A stretch of DNA of 64,000 nt from Mustelus asterias (lineage: Eukaryota): assembly GCF_964213995.1 (NCBI RefSeq), contig NC_135816.1, positions 61,380,001 through 61,444,000 on the forward strand, written 5' to 3'. Shown here piece by piece: positions 62,340-64,000 of this stretch (position 1 is the first letter of the stretch; every line of letters starts with the position of its first letter). The translations under genes and the position numbers were made by a program. Below the pieces are notes generated by a model. It was not told the origin of the DNA. It did no database searches and saw nothing but the letters and a program-made list of their open reading frames with translations.

Positions 62340-64000
62340 AGTAAGAAGTCTCACAACACCAGGTTAAAGTCCAACAGGTTTATTTGGTAGCAAAACCACT
62401 AGCGTTCGGAGTGCTGCTCCTTCGTCAGGTAAGTGGGAGTTCTGTTCACATCCAAGATAGATCAGGATGCAGACCAGCTGCAAAACTCTGCCAAGCAGAT
62501 GAGACAAAGGAACTATGCCATCGGCATGCACGCCAAGAACAGGAAACTTGAGAAACTCGGCATCACCACCAGCAGCAACCAAGCCTCCCCCGGTACCACA
62601 GTAGAAAACATTGGCACTGCAGTGAAGTCCATTGTCAACTTGTCGGACTACACACTTCAACCAGATGAAATCGAAGTTCTCAGCCGAGGGCTCAATTTCT
62701 GCCCCACCACCAAAATAGACCCCATCAGTCACGCAGCAGACACAGGGGAATTCATCAGGCGAATGAAGCTGCGGGAGTTCTTCCACAAATGCCAAGAGGC
62801 CAACAGCGAACGCAATGAGACAGTCAATGAACCGGAACAGCCGACAGAGACATCCGCAGTGCAGCAACCGAAGAGGAAAGAGTCAAATTGGACTCCTCCG
62901 GAAGGCCGCTGCCCTCGACTTGACATGTATGCCCAAGCCGTCAGGAGGTGCGTCAACACCAAATTCATCAGCCGCACTCACAAGACAGCCCCGAACATCA
63001 CCCAAACACAACGCAATGCCATCCACGCTCTCAAGACCAACCGCAACATTGTCATTAAACCAGCAGACAAAGGAGGGGCCATCGTCATACTGAACAGAAC
63101 GGTTTACTGCAAAGAAGTGTATCGACAACTGAACAACGAGGAACACTACAGACAGTTACCTGCAAATCCGACCAAAGAATACACCCGTCAACTCAACAGA
63201 CTGATCAAGACCTTTGATCGGGACCTTCAGAGCATCCTCCGTGCTCTCATCCCACGTATTCCCCACATTGGAGATCTCTACTGCCTCCCGAAGATACACA
63301 AGGCAAACACACCCGGCCGTCCCATCGTATCGGGCAATGGGATCCTGTGCAAGAACCTCTCCGGCTACGTTGAGGGCATCCTGAAGCCCATTGTGCAAAG
63401 AACCCCAGCTTTTGTCGCGACACTATAGACTTCCTACAGAAACTCAGCACACATGGAGCAGTTGAACCAGGAGCACTCCTCGTCACAATGGATGCCTCGG
63501 CACTCTACACCAGCATCCCCCACGACAATGGCATTGTGGCAACTGCCTCAGTACTCAACGCCGACAACTGCCAGTCTCCAGATGCAATTTTACAACTCAT
63601 CCGCTTCATCCTGGACCACAATGTCTTCACCTTCAACAACCAGTTCTTCATCCAGACACATGGAACAGCCACGGAGACCAAATTCACACCTCAATATGCC
63701 AACATCTTCATGCACAGGTTCAAACAAGACCTCTTCACTGCACAGGACCTTCAACCGATGCTATACACGAGATACATCGATGACATTTTCTTCCTTTGGA
63801 GTCATGGTGAACAATCACTGAAACAACTATATGATGACATCAACAAGTTCCATCCCACCATCAGACTCACCATGGACTACTCTCCGGAATCGGTTGCATG
63901 TTTGGACACATGCATCTCCATCTAGGACGGTCACCTCAGCACTTCACTGTACCGCAAGCCCACGGATAACCTCACGATGCTCCACTTCTCCAGCTTCCAC
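62340..64000 (+). mobile_element. Penelope-like element: short inverted terminal repeat (62340-62450) followed by the RT ORF, running off the window
   Basis: IVNLSDYTL..E..VLSRGLNFCP, IKPADKGGAIV, YCLPKIHK, GRPIVS, MDASALYTSIP, YTRYIDDIF. One frameshift near 63410 and a stop near 63925. Confidence 0.95.
62396..62432 (-). ncRNA. Degenerate hammerhead ribozyme motif
   Basis: UUAC-CUGACGA-A-GGAGC agc ACUCC-GAACGCUA-GUGG. GAAA is mutated to GAAC and helix II has a mismatch. Confidence 0.55.

Overview
This is eukaryotic genomic DNA, most likely from a shark (elasmobranch), judged by the many HE1-type tRNA-derived SINEs and CR1/HER1 LINEs. Most of the window is transposable-element derived. The only host gene I can support is the 5' part of a TIM/HAVCR-family gene on the minus strand: a signal-peptide exon (27680-27728) and a six-Cys IgV exon (26702-27049). 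I could not find its mucin, transmembrane or tail exons. The left end holds two related class-I-type endogenous retroviruses in divergent orientation. ERV-A (minus) shows its 5' LTR, a tRNA-Ser-like PBS and a gag start that runs off the window. ERV-B (4025-9473) is complete but internally deleted, with a GCTA TSD and a tRNA-Phe PBS. It has an odd MA-like/zinc-knuckle/MA-like gag start, and its env SU frame is open but stops exactly at the furin site (RAK*). Four Penelope-like elements carry six minimal hammerhead-ribozyme motifs with covarying helix I. A 7.8-kb Harbinger transposon (53583-61377; spliced Myb/SANT gene plus convergent DDE transposase, both decayed) has related MITEs elsewhere in the window. 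Rex1/Babar and Gypsy relics and several G-rich minisatellites make up the rest. Boundaries of old repeats are approximate, and no database searches were run.
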